A DNA stretch of 64,000 bases from Isoptericola halotolerans (GCF_013149785.1 NZ_JABEZU010000005.1:62001-126000), one strand, 5' to 3'; numbered from the stretch's first letter, positions 1-10,302 are shown. A program made the numbers and translations. Notes: generated by a model from the sequence alone, not told the origin.

Positions 1-90
1 CGGATCGAGCGCCTCCGGGTCGACGAGCACGTGGTCCTCGTCCGGCTCGACGACACCGACCCCCGTCGGGCCACTACCCTGGACCCGTGA
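1..90 (+). CDS. 3' end of an upstream gene (partial, product unknown)
   Basis: Frame 1 is open from the window edge ([18 protein letters not shown]...) to TGA at 88-90, overlapping the gltX GTG (GTGA). Confidence 0.4.
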   Translation, partial: RIERLRVDEHVVLVRLDDTDPRRATTLDP

Positions 91-1550
91 ATCCCGCAGC
101 AGCCTCTCCCGCACCCGCCTCGGCGGTCCGTGTCCGCTTCGCCCCGTCCCCGACGGGCATGTTCCACGTCGGCGGCGCCCGTTCGGCGCTGTTCAACTGG
201 GCGGTCGCCAAGCAGACCGGCGGGACGTTCGTGCTGCGTATCGAGGACACCGACGCCTCGCGCAACAAGCCCGAGTGGGTGGACGGCATCCTGGCCGCGC
301 ACGCTGCGCTCGGCATGCACGCCGACGACCCCACCTTCGAGGGCCCCTACTTCCAGTCGGCCAACGTCGACAAGCACGGTGAAGCACTCGAGCGCCTGCT
401 CGTGGCGGACCGCGCCTACTTCTGCGACTGCACGCGTGACGACGTCGCCGAGCGGACCGGCAACAAGCAGTCCGGCTACGACGGGTTCTGCCGCGTGCGC
501 GGCCTGGAGCGGGCACCGGGTCGCGCCCTGCGCTTCCGCACCCCCGACGACGGCGAGACGCAGGTCGTCGACCTCATCCGCGGCAACCCGAGCTTCCCGA
601 ACGCCGCGATGGAGGACTTCGTCGTCGCGCGCGGCGACGGCTCGCCGGTGTTCCTGCTCGCGAACGTGGTCGACGACCTCGACGAGGGCATCACCCACGT
701 GATCCGCGGCGAGGAGCACCTGCCGAACACCCCCAAGCAGCAGCTGCTGTGGGAGGCGCTCGGCGCCCAGCCGCCCGTGTGGGCGCACCTGCCGGTGATC
801 GTCAACGAGAAGCGGCAGAAGCTCTCCAAGCGCCGCGACAAGGTGGCGCTCGAGGACTACCTCGCCGAGGGATACCTGCCGGCCGCGATGGTCAACTACC
901 TCATGCTGCTGGGCTGGGCGCCCGGCAACGACGAGGAGATCCTGCCGTTCGACGAGATGATCTCCCGGTTCCGCATCGAGGACGTCAACTCCGCCTCGGC
1001 GTTCTTCGACCTCAAGAAGCTCGCCTCGTTCAACGGCGAGTACATCCGGGCGATGTCCGTCGAGGAGTTCGTCGCGGCCGTCGGTCCGTGGCTGCGGGCC
1101 CCGCGCGCACCCTGGGCCGAGGAGCAGTTCGACCCCGCCGCCTTCGCCGCTGTCGCGCCGCTCGCCCAGTCCCGGGTGGCGCTGCTCAGCGACATCACCA
1201 ACAACGTCGACTTCCTGTTCCTCGACGCGCCCGCTGAGGACGAGAAGTCCTGGAACAAGGCCATGAAGCCGGGCGCCGTCGAGCTGCTCACCGACGTGCG
1301 GGGCGTTCTCGCTGCGCTCGAGCCGTGGGAGGCCGAGCCGCTCAAGGACGCGGTCGCGGCCACGGGCGAGCAGCACGGGCTCAAGCTCGGCAAGGCGCAG
1401 GCCCCCGTGCGGGTCGCCGTCACCGGCCGGACCATCGGGCTGCCGCTCTTCGAGTCGCTCGAGGTGCTCGGCCGCGAGCGCACCCTCGGCCGCATCGACG
1501 CCGCCCTGGCACGTCTCGCCGAGAACCCGCCGCAGGCCCCCGCCCAGTGA
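87..1550 (+). CDS. gltX: Glutamate--tRNA ligase
   Basis: [12 protein letters not shown]-like HVGG, LRIEDTD, IRGEEH and KMSKS-like KLSKR motifs; lies near tRNA-Gln/Glu genes. Confidence 0.97.
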   Translation: MNPAAASPAPASAVRVRFAPSPTGMFHVGGARSALFNWAVAKQTGGTFVLRIEDTDASRNKPEWVDGILAAHAALGMHADDPTFEGPYFQSANVDKHGEALERLLVADRAYFCDCTRDDVAERTGNKQSGYDGFCRVRGLERAPGRALRFRTPDDGETQVVDLIRGNPSFPNAAMEDFVVARGDGSPVFLLANVVDDLDEGITHVIRGEEHLPNTPKQQLLWEALGAQPPVWAHLPVIVNEKRQKLSKRRDKVALEDYLAEGYLPAAMVNYLMLLGWAPGNDEEILPFDEMISRFRIEDVNSASAFFDLKKLASFNGEYIRAMSVEEFVAAVGPWLRAPRAPWAEEQFDPAAFAAVAPLAQSRVALLSDITNNVDFLFLDAPAEDEKSWNKAMKPGAVELLTDVRGVLAALEPWEAEPLKDAVAATGEQHGLKLGKAQAPVRVAVTGRTIGLPLFESLEVLGRERTLGRIDAALARLAENPPQAPAQ

Positions 1551-2311
1551 CGGCCTTCGGGGCGGTCGGCGCCCGCGCCGACGGGGTGCTGCTGGACGCC
1601 GTCCTGCTGGACGTGGACGACACCCTCGTCGACACCCGGGGGGCGTTCGCCGCGGCGCTCGCGGCCGTCGCCGAGGCGCACCTGCCCGGTGACGTCGACC
1701 ACGCCGCGGTGCTGGAGCACTGGCGCGGCGACCCCGCGGGCCACTACCGGTCCTACACCCGCGGTGAGACGGACCACCGCACCCAGCGACGGCTCCGCGC
1801 CGACCTGCTGCACCGGACGTTCGGTGGGGCGCCGGTGGGCGAGGACGCCTTCGACGCCTGGGACGAGCTGTTCTGGGGCACCTTCGAGCGGTCCTGGCGT
1901 GCGTTCGACGACGCCGCACCGTTCGTGGCCGGTCTGCGGGACGCGGGGCTGCGCGTCGGTGTGGTGACGAATGCCGCGGTGGCGCTGCAGGAGCGCAAGC
2001 TGGCCGCCGTCGGGCTGGACCTGCCGGTGCTGGTGGGCGTCGACACCCTCGGCTTCGGCAAGCCGCACCCGGACGTCTTCGTCGAGGGTGCCCGGCTCCT
2101 GGGCTCCGCGCCCGGGCGCACCGCCTACGTCGGTGACGAGCCGATGATCGACGCCCGCGCCGCGCACGACGCCGGGCTCCTCGGCGTGTGGCTCGACCGT
2201 CCGGGCGCTCGTCGCACCGACGAGCGCGACGTCGACGTGGCCCGGCTGCGCGAGGCCGGGATCGTCGTCGCGCCCGGTCTGGACGACGTCGCGGTGGCGT
2301 TCGGGCTCTGA
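1547..2311 (+). CDS. HAD-family hydrolase
   Basis: DVDDTL motif I, VVTN, KPHP, YVGD; GTG start overlaps the gltX stop. Confidence 0.9.
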   Translation: MTAFGAVGARADGVLLDAVLLDVDDTLVDTRGAFAAALAAVAEAHLPGDVDHAAVLEHWRGDPAGHYRSYTRGETDHRTQRRLRADLLHRTFGGAPVGEDAFDAWDELFWGTFERSWRAFDDAAPFVAGLRDAGLRVGVVTNAAVALQERKLAAVGLDLPVLVGVDTLGFGKPHPDVFVEGARLLGSAPGRTAYVGDEPMIDARAAHDAGLLGVWLDRPGARRTDERDVDVARLREAGIVVAPGLDDVAVAFGL

Positions 2312-2337
2312 CGTCGCCCGGCTCGACGAGGCCGGGC

Positions 2338-3402
2338 TCAGCGAGTCAGGAGGAGCATGCCGCCCAGGGCGGTGCCGGTGACGACGACGGCGGAGGCTGC
2401 ACCGAGCAGCAGCGGCCGGGCGCCGGTGCGGACCAGCCGGGGGACGTCGACGCCGAGCCCCAGCGCGAACATGGCCGCGACGAACAGCGTGGTGGTGACC
2501 TGCGCGGCGGCGTCGAGCGCAGCGGGCGGGACGAGCCCGAGACTGCGGGCCACGACCGCGGCGAGGAAGCCCAGCACGAAGCCGGGCACGGGCGGCGGGC
2601 GGGTGCTGTCGTCGTCCCTCGTGCGCTCCGAGGGTGCGACGCGTCGGGCCCGTACCGTCCCGGTCGCCGCCACCAGCGGCGCGAGGAGCGCGACCCGCGC
2701 GAGCTTGGCCACGGTGGCCGTCGCCAGCGCCGTCGTGCCCGCCAGGGTGCCTGCGGCGGCGACCACCTGGGCCACCTCCTGCACGCTCGCCCCGATCCAC
2801 AGGCCGGCCTGCTCCGGGGTGAGGTCCAGGAGCCGGGCGAGCCACGGCAGCACGACGACGGCCGCCGTGCCGTAGAGCGCTACCAGCGCCAGCGCGACGG
2901 CCGGCGCGGCCGGGACGGCGTCGTCGTCGCGGGAGGCGCGGGGCGACCGGTCCAGGACCCCGGTCATGGCCGAGACCGCGGCGGCGCCGCAGATCGAGAA
3001 CCCGGTCGCCACCAGCAGCGAGGTGTCCCGGTGGATGCCCAGGCGGCGGCCGAGCGCGAGCGTCGCGGTGAAGGTCACCACCACGGTGAGCACCACCACG
3101 GTCAGTCCGCGCACACCGAGTGCGAGGACGTCGCCGACGGCCAGCTGCAGGCCCAGCAGGACGACGCCGCCACGCAGCACGTGCCGCGCGACCCAGTCCG
3201 TGCCGGGGCCGACGGCGGCGGGGACCCCGGCCAGGTGGCGCTCTCGGCGGCCTCCGAGCAGCGAGCCGGCCGCCGCACCCACGAGGAGCGCGAGCACCAG
3301 CGGGGACAGCGACGGCACGGCCCGGGCCAGCAAGGGAGCGAGCCCGAGGAGCATCGTCGTCGCACCTGCGCAGAGCGCGAGCCCGGGGAGGAGTCGGGAC
3401 AT
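2338..3402 (-). CDS. YeiH/UPF0324 (putative sulfate exporter family) membrane protein
   Basis: G.SICGAAAV, VAQVVAA and KLARV motifs; many TM segments; divergent from a LysR gene. Confidence 0.88.
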   Translation of the reverse strand: MSRLLPGLALCAGATTMLLGLAPLLARAVPSLSPLVLALLVGAAAGSLLGGRRERHLAGVPAAVGPGTDWVARHVLRGGVVLLGLQLAVGDVLALGVRGLTVVVLTVVVTFTATLALGRRLGIHRDTSLLVATGFSICGAAAVSAMTGVLDRSPRASRDDDAVPAAPAVALALVALYGTAAVVVLPWLARLLDLTPEQAGLWIGASVQEVAQVVAAAGTLAGTTALATATVAKLARVALLAPLVAATGTVRARRVAPSERTRDDDSTRPPPVPGFVLGFLAAVVARSLGLVPPAALDAAAQVTTTLFVAAMFALGLGVDVPRLVRTGARPLLLGAASAVVVTGTALGGMLLLTR

Positions 3403-3456
3403 GTTGCCACCCTGGTTCCCGTCGAGGGTGGACGGTAGGCCGACACCTCGATCCAT

Positions 3457-3475
3457 CCATAGACTCCTGCTATGG
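3457..3475. promoter_or_regulatory. LysR recognition box overlapping the -10 and start of the LysR gene
   Basis: CCATAG-N7-CTATGG dyad (T-N11-A type); TAGACT at 3460-3465 lies 6 nt before ATG 3472. Confidence 0.6.
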
Positions 3476-4371
3476 CAGAACGGACGTCGCTCACCGCGCT
3501 GGAGCTCCTCGTCGCCGTGGACACCCACGGGTCGATCAGCGCCGCCGCACGTGCTCTCGCGGTCTCCCAGCCCACGGCGTCCGCGGGGCTGCGCCGCCTC
3601 GAGCGCCGGCTCGGGCTCGACCTCGTGGCGCGGAGCGCTCGCGGGACGGCGCTCACGCCGACCGGCCAGGCGGTGGCCGGGTGGGCCCGCGACGTCGTGG
3701 CCGCCTCGGACCGCTTCGAGACGGCGGTGGTCGGGCTGCGTGCCGGTCCGGCGACGGCGTTGCGGGTGGCGGCCAGCCTGACGATCGCCGAGTACCTGGT
3801 GCCGCGGTGGCTGGCGGTGCTGGCGACCCAGGGGCACGCCGCGGACGTCGAGCTGGTGGTGCGCAACTCCAGCGACGTCATGGACATGGTGCTCGACGGC
3901 GGAGCCGAGCTCGGCTTCGTGGAGAGCCTCGGGGTCCGGCGCGGGCTCCGCAGCCGCACCGTCGCGCAGGACGAACTGGTTGCCGTCGTGGCCCCGGAGC
4001 ACCCCTGGGCACGACGACGCTCCGTCCGCCCGAGTGAGCTGCTCGGTGAGCGTCTCGTCCTGCGGGAGGCCGGATCGGGGACGCGCGAGATCCTCGAGCG
4101 CGCCCTGGCGGGCGTGGGGGAGGCGATGCCCGAGCACCTGCCGACGCTGGGCTCGACGTCGGCGCTCAAGGCCGCCGTGCAGCACGGCGGCCAGGTCGCG
4201 GTCCTCTCAGGGCTGACGGTGGCCGACGACGTCGCAGCCGGCCGCCTGGTGGCCCTCGCGGTCGACGGTGCGGACCTCTCCCGGCACCTGCGGGTGGTCT
4301 GGCGCGACGGGACGGCGCCGTCGGCCGCCGCCCGCCGGCTCAGCGCCGTCGCGCGCGGTACGCCGTCGTGA
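3472..4371 (+). CDS. LysR-family transcriptional regulator (CysL-like)
   Basis: N-terminal HTH (GSISAAARALAVSQPTAS), AS.TI.EY and REAGSGTR motifs. Confidence 0.93.
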   Translation: MAERTSLTALELLVAVDTHGSISAAARALAVSQPTASAGLRRLERRLGLDLVARSARGTALTPTGQAVAGWARDVVAASDRFETAVVGLRAGPATALRVAASLTIAEYLVPRWLAVLATQGHAADVELVVRNSSDVMDMVLDGGAELGFVESLGVRRGLRSRTVAQDELVAVVAPEHPWARRRSVRPSELLGERLVLREAGSGTREILERALAGVGEAMPEHLPTLGSTSALKAAVQHGGQVAVLSGLTVADDVAAGRLVALAVDGADLSRHLRVVWRDGTAPSAAARRLSAVARGTPS

Positions 4372-5104
4372 CGTAGGGCATGGCGACCTCGGTGGTCCCC
4401 GCGAGGTCGGGGTGGGTCACGACGAGGTCGTCCACACGCTGCAGGAGCTGTTCGCGCTGCTCGGGCGGCAGCGTCAGCAGGTAGCTTCGGGTGCCGGCGA
4501 GCGTCCGCAGGTCCGCGGTGGCGAGGCGGTACAACCAGCGGAACTCGGCGGCCTCGATCGGGTCGAAGGCGTCGCCGAGGGACGGCGGGTGGGCGCTCTG
4601 GTCGTTGTCGGGGCGGAGCGCGTCGCCCGCGTGCAGGATCTCTCCGAAGCGGCCGACCCAGTCGATACGTTCGTCGCGGTCGTTCCACACGACGGCGAGG
4701 GTGCCGCCCGGGCGCAGCACCCGGGCGAGCTCGGCGGCCGCCCGTGGTGGGTCGAACCAGTGCCAGGCCTGCCCGACGGTGACGGCGTCCACCGAGCCGT
4801 CCGGCAGGGGGATGTCCTCCGCCGTGCCGACGTGCGTGGTGACGCCGGGCAGGGTGGCGGTGAGCTCGTCCAGCATGGGACGGGAGGCGTCGACCGCCAC
4901 GACGTCGTGGCCCCGGGAGACCAGCCGCCCCGTCAGCAGGCCGGTGCCGGCGGCGAGGTCGAGGACGCGGTCCGCGTCTCGCGGGACCATCCAGTCCACG
5001 GCCTCGGTCGGGTAGGTGGGGCGCACGCGGGCGTAGACGTCGGCGCCGGTCGAGAACGAGGCTGCGCGGTCCGAGTGCGAGTGCGGGTCGGGAGTCGACG
5101 GCAT
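4340..5104 (-). CDS. Class I SAM-dependent methyltransferase
   Basis: VLDLAAGTG, AQ/GQAWHWF, RVLRPGG, and Y...RP.YP near the N-terminus; start codon uncertain. Confidence 0.9.
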   Translation of the reverse strand: MPSTPDPHSHSDRAASFSTGADVYARVRPTYPTEAVDWMVPRDADRVLDLAAGTGLLTGRLVSRGHDVVAVDASRPMLDELTATLPGVTTHVGTAEDIPLPDGSVDAVTVGQAWHWFDPPRAAAELARVLRPGGTLAVVWNDRDERIDWVGRFGEILHAGDALRPDNDQSAHPPSLGDAFDPIEAAEFRWLYRLATADLRTLAGTRSYLLTLPPEQREQLLQRVDDLVVTHPDLAGTTEVAMPYVTTAYRARRR

Positions 5105-5303
5105 GGCAGCAGGGTCCCACGCCGGGGCTGTCCGCGTCATGAGGTCCGGCGCGGTGACGGTGACGCACCGCTGGTGGGACGTGACGAAGGGCACCGGGTC
5201 GCGGGTTTGGATCCAGGCGGTCGGTCCGGTAATGTTTCGCGTCGTTGGGCCGTACGGGATCGGCCGACGAAAGTCGGATATGTCCCGGTAGGTCCGGACA
5301 CCA

Positions 5304-5375
5304 TGGGGTATGGTGTAATTGGCAGCACGAGTGGTTCTGGTCCACTTAGTCTAGGTTCGAGTCCTGGTACCCCAG
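5304..5375 (+). tRNA. tRNA-Gln (CTG)
   Basis: TGGGGTA...TACCCCA acceptor stem, AGTGG-TTCTGGT-CCACT anticodon arm, GGTTCGAGTCC T-arm. Confidence 0.97.
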
Positions 5376-5473
5376 CGTAGATCTCGGCACGTTTCTTCAG
5401 GGTTTGGCTCTGAACGGGATGCGCTAGAGTTCTCACCGGCGAATCGGTGCCCTGCGGCTCCGAGGATCCATAG

Positions 5474-5546
5474 GCCCCCATCGTCTAGCGGCCTAGGACG
5501 CCGCCCTCTCACGGCGGTAACGCGGGTTCAAATCCCGCTGGGGGTA
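5474..5546 (+). tRNA. tRNA-Glu (CTC)
   Basis: GCCCCCA...TGGGGGT acceptor, CCGCC-CTCTCAC-GGCGG anticodon arm, GGTTCAAATCC T-arm. Confidence 0.97.
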
Positions 5547-5603
5547 CGCGTCACGATCCGTTCGCGGATCGTCGCAGCAGCTCCGGCGACGGAGCAACGT
5601 CCG

Positions 5604-5676
5604 GCCCCCATCGTCTAGCGGCCTAGGACGCCGCCCTCTCACGGCGGTAACGCGGGTTCAAATCCCGCTGGGGGTA
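5604..5676 (+). tRNA. tRNA-Glu (CTC), second identical copy
   Basis: Sequence identical to 5474-5546. Confidence 0.97.
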
Positions 5677-5687
5677 CAGATCGCACG

Positions 5688-5716
5688 AGGCCCGGTCCCG
5701 AGGGACCGGGCCTTTG
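5688..5716 (+). terminator. Intrinsic terminator after the tRNA cluster
   Basis: AGGCCCGGTCCC-GA-GGGACCGGGCCT hairpin followed by TTG. Confidence 0.75.
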
Positions 5717-5745
5717 TGGTTCCCAACGCCTCCCGGCTCGAGCGC

Positions 5746-6585
5746 TCAGAGGAACGGGTCGGGCACCGTCGGACCGGCCCCGCTGCTCGTCGGCGGTTCG
5801 TAGAGCGACTGCCGGCGCCGCGCCGGGAGCCATCGGCGCCGGGTCGGCGGGCGGTCCGCGTGATGGTCGCCCGGCTGCGGGAACGGCTCGACGTCGGCAG
5901 GGTCGGCGGCGCCGGTGGAGGTGTCGGCATCGGGTCGGGCCGGTGGCGAAGGTGGGTTCGTGGGCCCAGGTCGGTCGGCCCCCGCGGCGGGGACGGTGGG
6001 GAGCTCCGCGGTCGTCGGACGTGGCTCGCGCGGGCCGGTCGGCATGATCGCCGGGGGCGCGCTGGGCGGGGGCGCAGGCTTCGCGTCGGGCTTGGTCGGG
6101 AAGAAGATGGTGTCGGTGAGTCGGCGGTAGGTCACGTCCGGGTCGGGGACGTAGTCGATCCGGCTCAGGGCCTGGTCCTGCCCCGCCGACTCCATCACGA
6201 ACCGCCCGTAGCCCAGCACCTGGCCGATGGGCGTGCGTGTGTAGCTCATGTCGGTGACCTTCGTCAGCGGCATCATCGCGACCTTGTGGACCACGAACCC
6301 GTAGGTGAGCAGGAGCCTCTTGTCGGTCGCGACGAACCACTGGTAGCGCCACTCGGCCCAGCGCAGCAGGAGCCGGCCCGCCGGGACGAGCCACAGCACC
6401 CAGACGCCCGGCGCACCGGTCGCCGACTGCAGCAGCGCGACCACGACGGTGGCCGCGAGCGTCGTCAGGACCGGCTCGAGCAGCGTGGCCCAGTGCAGGC
6501 GCGACGCGAACACGGGGCGCTCATGATCCAGGACATAGCGGCGCAGGTGGCGGTGGTTGCGCACCGCCCGGTCGGGCGACCTCAT
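5746..6585 (-). CDS. Bacterial PH (bPH_2) domain membrane protein with a Pro-rich tail
   Basis: R.HW..L, two TM segments, FVATDKRLLL..G, MPL.KVTDM..R...G..LGYG.F..ESAG. Confidence 0.85.
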   Translation of the reverse strand: MRSPDRAVRNHRHLRRYVLDHERPVFASRLHWATLLEPVLTTLAATVVVALLQSATGAPGVWVLWLVPAGRLLLRWAEWRYQWFVATDKRLLLTYGFVVHKVAMMPLTKVTDMSYTRTPIGQVLGYGRFVMESAGQDQALSRIDYVPDPDVTYRRLTDTIFFPTKPDAKPAPPPSAPPAIMPTGPREPRPTTAELPTVPAAGADRPGPTNPPSPPARPDADTSTGAADPADVEPFPQPGDHHADRPPTRRRWLPARRRQSLYEPPTSSGAGPTVPDPFL

Positions 6586-6587
6586 GA

Positions 6588-6755
6588 CTACGACGTCAGG
6601 TTGGCGAGGAACTCCCCAAAGCTGGAGAACGCGTTGGCGATCACGTCCCAGATCGCCTTGATGATGTCCGCAGCCCGGTCCGGGCTCGTCACGATCGCAT
6701 AGATCAGAAAGATCACGACGAGCCAGATCAGGAGGGTCTTGGCCTTGGCCGGCAT
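6588..6755 (-). CDS. Small membrane protein, 55 aa (absent from the ORF track)
   Basis: MPAKAKTLLIWLVVIFLIYAIVTSPDRAADIIKAIWDVIANAFSSFGEFLANLTS*; GAGG upstream; stop 2 nt before the PH-gene ATG. Confidence 0.8.
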   Translation of the reverse strand: MPAKAKTLLIWLVVIFLIYAIVTSPDRAADIIKAIWDVIANAFSSFGEFLANLTS

Positions 6756-6873
6756 CGGGTCCTCACGCCTCTCGGTCGGCGGGGCGGGGTCGCCTCGCTG
6801 GTCGGGAGCCTACTGACCAGCGGGGCGACCCCGCGACAACCGGTGCGGCGCGCCGTCACTCACCTGCGGGCCG

Positions 6874-7593
6874 TCACTCACCGGCGCGCTGCAGGACCTC
6901 CGTGAGGCGGTTCGCCGCGGCGACCACGGATGCGGAGTGCAGGCGGCCCGGCTGGCGGGTCAGCCGCTCGACCGGTCCGGAGACCGACACCGCCGCCACG
7001 ATCCGCCCGGACGGGCCGCGGACCGGGGCGGAGACGGAGGCCACGCCCAGCTCGCGCTCGGAGACGGACTGCGCCCACCCGCGACGGCGGACGCCGGAGA
7101 GGATCGTCGCGGTGAAGACGGCTTCCCGCAGGCCGCGGTGGAGCCGGTCGGGCTCCTCCCAGGCGAGCAGGATCTGGGCGGCGGAGCCGGCGTGCATCGT
7201 CAGGGTGGCGCCCACGGGGATCGAGTCCCGCAGGCCGACCGGGCGCTCGGCGGCGGCCACGCAGACGCGGTGGTCCCCCTGGCGCCGGTAGAGCTGGGCG
7301 CTCTCGCCGGTGTGGTCGCGCAGGGCGGTGAGCACGGGGTTCGCCGCAGCGAGCAGCCGGTCCTCGCCCGCGGCGGTCGCGAGCTCGTTGAGGCGCGGGC
7401 CGAGCACGAACCGTCCCTGCATGTCACGGGCCACGAACCGGTGGTGCTCGAGCGCCACGGCGAGGCGATGGGCCGTCGGTCGCGCCAGCCCGGTCGAGGA
7501 GACCAGCTGCGCCAGGGTGGCGGGCCCGGCTTCCAGAGCGCCCAGAACGGACGCGGCCTTGTCCAGTACGCCGACTCCGCTAGTATCGTCCAT
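6874..7593 (-). CDS. ndgR: IclR-family regulator (NdgR/LtbR-like)
   Basis: SGVGVLDKA, ARPTAHRLAVALE, GLRD.IPVG, GWAQSV.ERE.GVASVSAPV; divergent from leuC. Confidence 0.9.
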   Translation of the reverse strand: MDDTSGVGVLDKAASVLGALEAGPATLAQLVSSTGLARPTAHRLAVALEHHRFVARDMQGRFVLGPRLNELATAAGEDRLLAAANPVLTALRDHTGESAQLYRRQGDHRVCVAAAERPVGLRDSIPVGATLTMHAGSAAQILLAWEEPDRLHRGLREAVFTATILSGVRRRGWAQSVSERELGVASVSAPVRGPSGRIVAAVSVSGPVERLTRQPGRLHSASVVAAANRLTEVLQRAGE

Positions 7594-7607
7594 AGGTCGA
7601 TACTGAC

Positions 7608-7624
7608 GTCTCGCTGAGTGAGAT
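7608..7624. promoter_or_regulatory. Putative IclR/NdgR operator
   Basis: Imperfect dyad gTCTCgctgagtGAGAt in the ndgR-leuC intergenic region. Confidence 0.5.
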
Positions 7625-7723
7625 TGCAAGTCCTACGCAAACTCCGGTCGTGGACCAGGGCGTCAATGTCGCGCAAGCACAAGTCACGACAGCCACCCGC
7701 GGTGGCGGAACGAGGAGCTCGAG

Positions 7724-9199
7724 ATGGCCGGCACGCTGGCAGAGAAGGTCTGGGAGGCGCACCTGGTGCGCCAGGGCGCCGACGGGGCACCGGACCTGCT
7801 CTACATCGACCTCCACCTCGTGCACGAGGTGACCAGCCCGCAGGCCTTCGAGGGTCTCCGCCTCGCCGGGCGGCCGGTCCGGCGGCCGGACCTCACGCTG
7901 GCGACCGAGGACCACAACACCCCCACGCTCGACATCGACCTGCCGATCGCGGACCTCACCAGCCGCACGCAGATCGACACGCTGCGCAACAACGCCAAGG
8001 AGTTCGGCGTCCGGATCCACTCGCTCGGCGACGCCGACCAGGGGATCGTGCACCAGGTCGGCCCCCAGCTCGGACTGACCATGCCCGGGTTGACCGTCGT
8101 GTGCGGCGACTCCCACACGTCCACCCACGGGGCGTTCGGTGCGCTGGCGTTCGGCATCGGCACCTCCGAGGTGGAGCACGTGCTGGCCACCCAGACGCTG
8201 CCGCTCGCGCCGTTCAAGACCATGGCGATCACGGTCGACGGCGAGCTGCCCCCGGGCGCGACCTCCAAGGACATCATCCTGGCGATCATCGCCAAGATCG
8301 GCACCGGCGGCGGTCAGGGCTACGTGCTCGAGTACCGCGGCGAGGCCATCCGCAGGCTCTCGATGGAGGCGCGGATGACCATCTGCAACATGTCCATCGA
8401 GGCGGGCGCCCGGGCCGGCATGATCGCCCCCGACGCGACCACGTTCGAGTACCTCAAGGGCCGCCCGCACGCGCCCGAGGGCGAGGACTGGGACGCTGCC
8501 GTCGAGTACTGGAAGACGCTGCGCAGCGACGACGACGCGGTGTTCGACGAGGAGGTCGTCCTGCGCGCCTCCGACCTCGAGCCGTTCGTCACCTGGGGCA
8601 CCAACCCGGGTCAGGGCCTGCCGCTGTCCGCGAACGTCCCGGTCCCGACCGAGATCGCCGACGAGGGCGAGCGGGTCAGCGCCGAGCGTGCGCTGGAGTA
8701 CATGGGCCTCGAGCCCGGCATGCCGCTGCGCGACGTCACGGTCGACACGGTCTTCATCGGCTCGTGCACCAACGGGCGCATCGAGGACCTGCGGTCGGTG
8801 GCCAAGGTGCTCCAGGGGCGCCGCAAGGCCGAGGACGTGCGCGTGCTCGTGGTCCCGGCGTCGGCCCGCGTGCGCCTGCAGGCCGAGGCCGAGGGCCTGG
8901 ACGTCATCTTCAAGGAGTTCGGCGCCGAGTGGCGCAACGCCGGCTGCTCGATGTGCCTCGGCATGAACCCCGACCAGCTCACCCCGGGCGAGCGGGCGGC
9001 GTCGACGTCCAACCGCAACTTCGAGGGACGTCAGGGCAAGGGCGGGCGCACCCACCTCGTGTCCCCGCTGGTCGCCGCAGCCACCGCGATCCGCGGCACG
9101 CTGTCGTCGCTGGCCGACCTCGACCTGGACGACGACGTCGACCTGACCTCGTTCGACGGCACGCCGCTGGCCCCCCTGACCGCCCCGTCGTTCGTCTGA
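7724..9199 (+). CDS. leuC: 3-isopropylmalate dehydratase large subunit
   Basis: [52 protein letters not shown]. Confidence 0.98.
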   Translation: MAGTLAEKVWEAHLVRQGADGAPDLLYIDLHLVHEVTSPQAFEGLRLAGRPVRRPDLTLATEDHNTPTLDIDLPIADLTSRTQIDTLRNNAKEFGVRIHSLGDADQGIVHQVGPQLGLTMPGLTVVCGDSHTSTHGAFGALAFGIGTSEVEHVLATQTLPLAPFKTMAITVDGELPPGATSKDIILAIIAKIGTGGGQGYVLEYRGEAIRRLSMEARMTICNMSIEAGARAGMIAPDATTFEYLKGRPHAPEGEDWDAAVEYWKTLRSDDDAVFDEEVVLRASDLEPFVTWGTNPGQGLPLSANVPVPTEIADEGERVSAERALEYMGLEPGMPLRDVTVDTVFIGSCTNGRIEDLRSVAKVLQGRRKAEDVRVLVVPASARVRLQAEAEGLDVIFKEFGAEWRNAGCSMCLGMNPDQLTPGERAASTSNRNFEGRQGKGGRTHLVSPLVAAATAIRGTLSSLADLDLDDDVDLTSFDGTPLAPLTAPSFV

Positions 9200-9227
9200 G
9201 CACCCAGCGTTTTCGAGGAGACCCCCC

Positions 9228-9866
9228 ATGGAGAAGATCACCACCCACACCGGCGTCGGGGTGCCGCTGCGCCGCAGCAACGTCGACACCGACCAGATCA
9301 TCCCCGCCGTGTACCTCAAGCGGGTGACGCGCACCGGGTTCGAGGACGCGCTCTTCGCGGCCTGGCGCGGCGACCCGTCGTTCGTGCTCAACCAGGACGC
9401 GTACAGGACCGGCTCGGTCCTCGTGGCCGGCCCGGACTTCGGCACTGGCTCGTCGCGCGAGCACGCCGTCTGGGCGCTCAAGGACTACGGTTTCCGCGTG
9501 GTGCTGGCCTCCCGGTTCGCGGACATCTTCCGCGGCAACTCCGGCAAGCAGGGCCTCGTGGCCGGCATGGTCGCCCAGGAGGACATCGAGCTGCTCTGGA
9601 AGATCCTCGAGGCCAAGCCTGGCACCGAGGTGACCGTGGACCTCGAGACCCGCACCGTGCACGCCGACGACGTCACCGTGCCGTTCCAGATCGACGAGTA
9701 CACCCGCTGGCGTCTGATGGAGGGCCTGGACGACATCGGCCTGACCCTGCAGAACGAGGCGGACATCACCGCGTTCGAGGCCACGCGTGCTCCGTGGCGG
9801 CCGAAGACTCTGCCCGCCAAGCACCTGCCGAAGGTCGAGATCGAGCCGGCGCGACCGGTCAGCTGA
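9228..9866 (+). CDS. leuD: 3-isopropylmalate dehydratase small subunit
   Basis: [24 protein letters not shown]. Confidence 0.98.
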   Translation: MEKITTHTGVGVPLRRSNVDTDQIIPAVYLKRVTRTGFEDALFAAWRGDPSFVLNQDAYRTGSVLVAGPDFGTGSSREHAVWALKDYGFRVVLASRFADIFRGNSGKQGLVAGMVAQEDIELLWKILEAKPGTEVTVDLETRTVHADDVTVPFQIDEYTRWRLMEGLDDIGLTLQNEADITAFEATRAPWRPKTLPAKHLPKVEIEPARPVS

Positions 9867-10302
9867 CCGCGCGGCCGTCGTCGAGGTCCCGGGCCTGAGC
9901 CCGGTCGCGCGGAGCGGCCAGGGCGCCACGGACGACGTCGAGCACGGCCTCGTCGGTGAGCCCGGCCGCGCGTGCCTCGGCGACGAGGTCGTGGGCGCGG
10001 GCCACCGTCTCGGCGGGTGGGGGGGCTGCGGCCCGCCCACCCGCCGCGGCGTTCCCGGGCGTGGCCGGGGCGACCACGGTGCCGGTGCGGCGCCGGGAGA
10101 CGACGACCCCGCTCGCCTCGAGCTCGCGGTAGGCGCGCTGGACGGTGCCGACGGCGATCCCGAGGTCACGGGCGAGATCGCGAGAGGCAGGCAGCCGGGC
10201 GCCGGGCTGCAGCGTGCCGACGGCGACCGCCGCCGCCACCTGGGATCGGATCTGCTCGTAGACCGGGACGGGGGAGCCGAGCGCGACGACGACGTCGCTC
10301 AT
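9859..10302 (-). CDS. GntR-family (YtrA-like) transcriptional regulator
   Basis: PVYEQI, G.LQPG.RLP.SR.LA..LG...GTV.RAY.ELE..G; short C-terminus; ATGA overlap with the upstream gene. Confidence 0.9.
   Translation of the reverse strand: MSDVVVALGSPVPVYEQIRSQVAAAVAVGTLQPGARLPASRDLARDLGIAVGTVQRAYRELEASGVVVSRRRTGTVVAPATPGNAAAGGRAAAPPPAETVARAHDLVAEARAAGLTDEAVLDVVRGALAAPRDRAQARDLDDGRAVS

Noticed and set aside
5474..5676. Duplicate tRNA-Glu as a possible att site of an integrated element
   Set aside because: Both copies are full length, the Gln-Glu-Glu cluster is normal after gltX, and no integrase or distal tRNA fragment was seen.
7625..7723. Leu-rich attenuator leader before leuC
   Set aside because: No short ORF with a Leu codon run; the divergent IclR regulator accounts for control.
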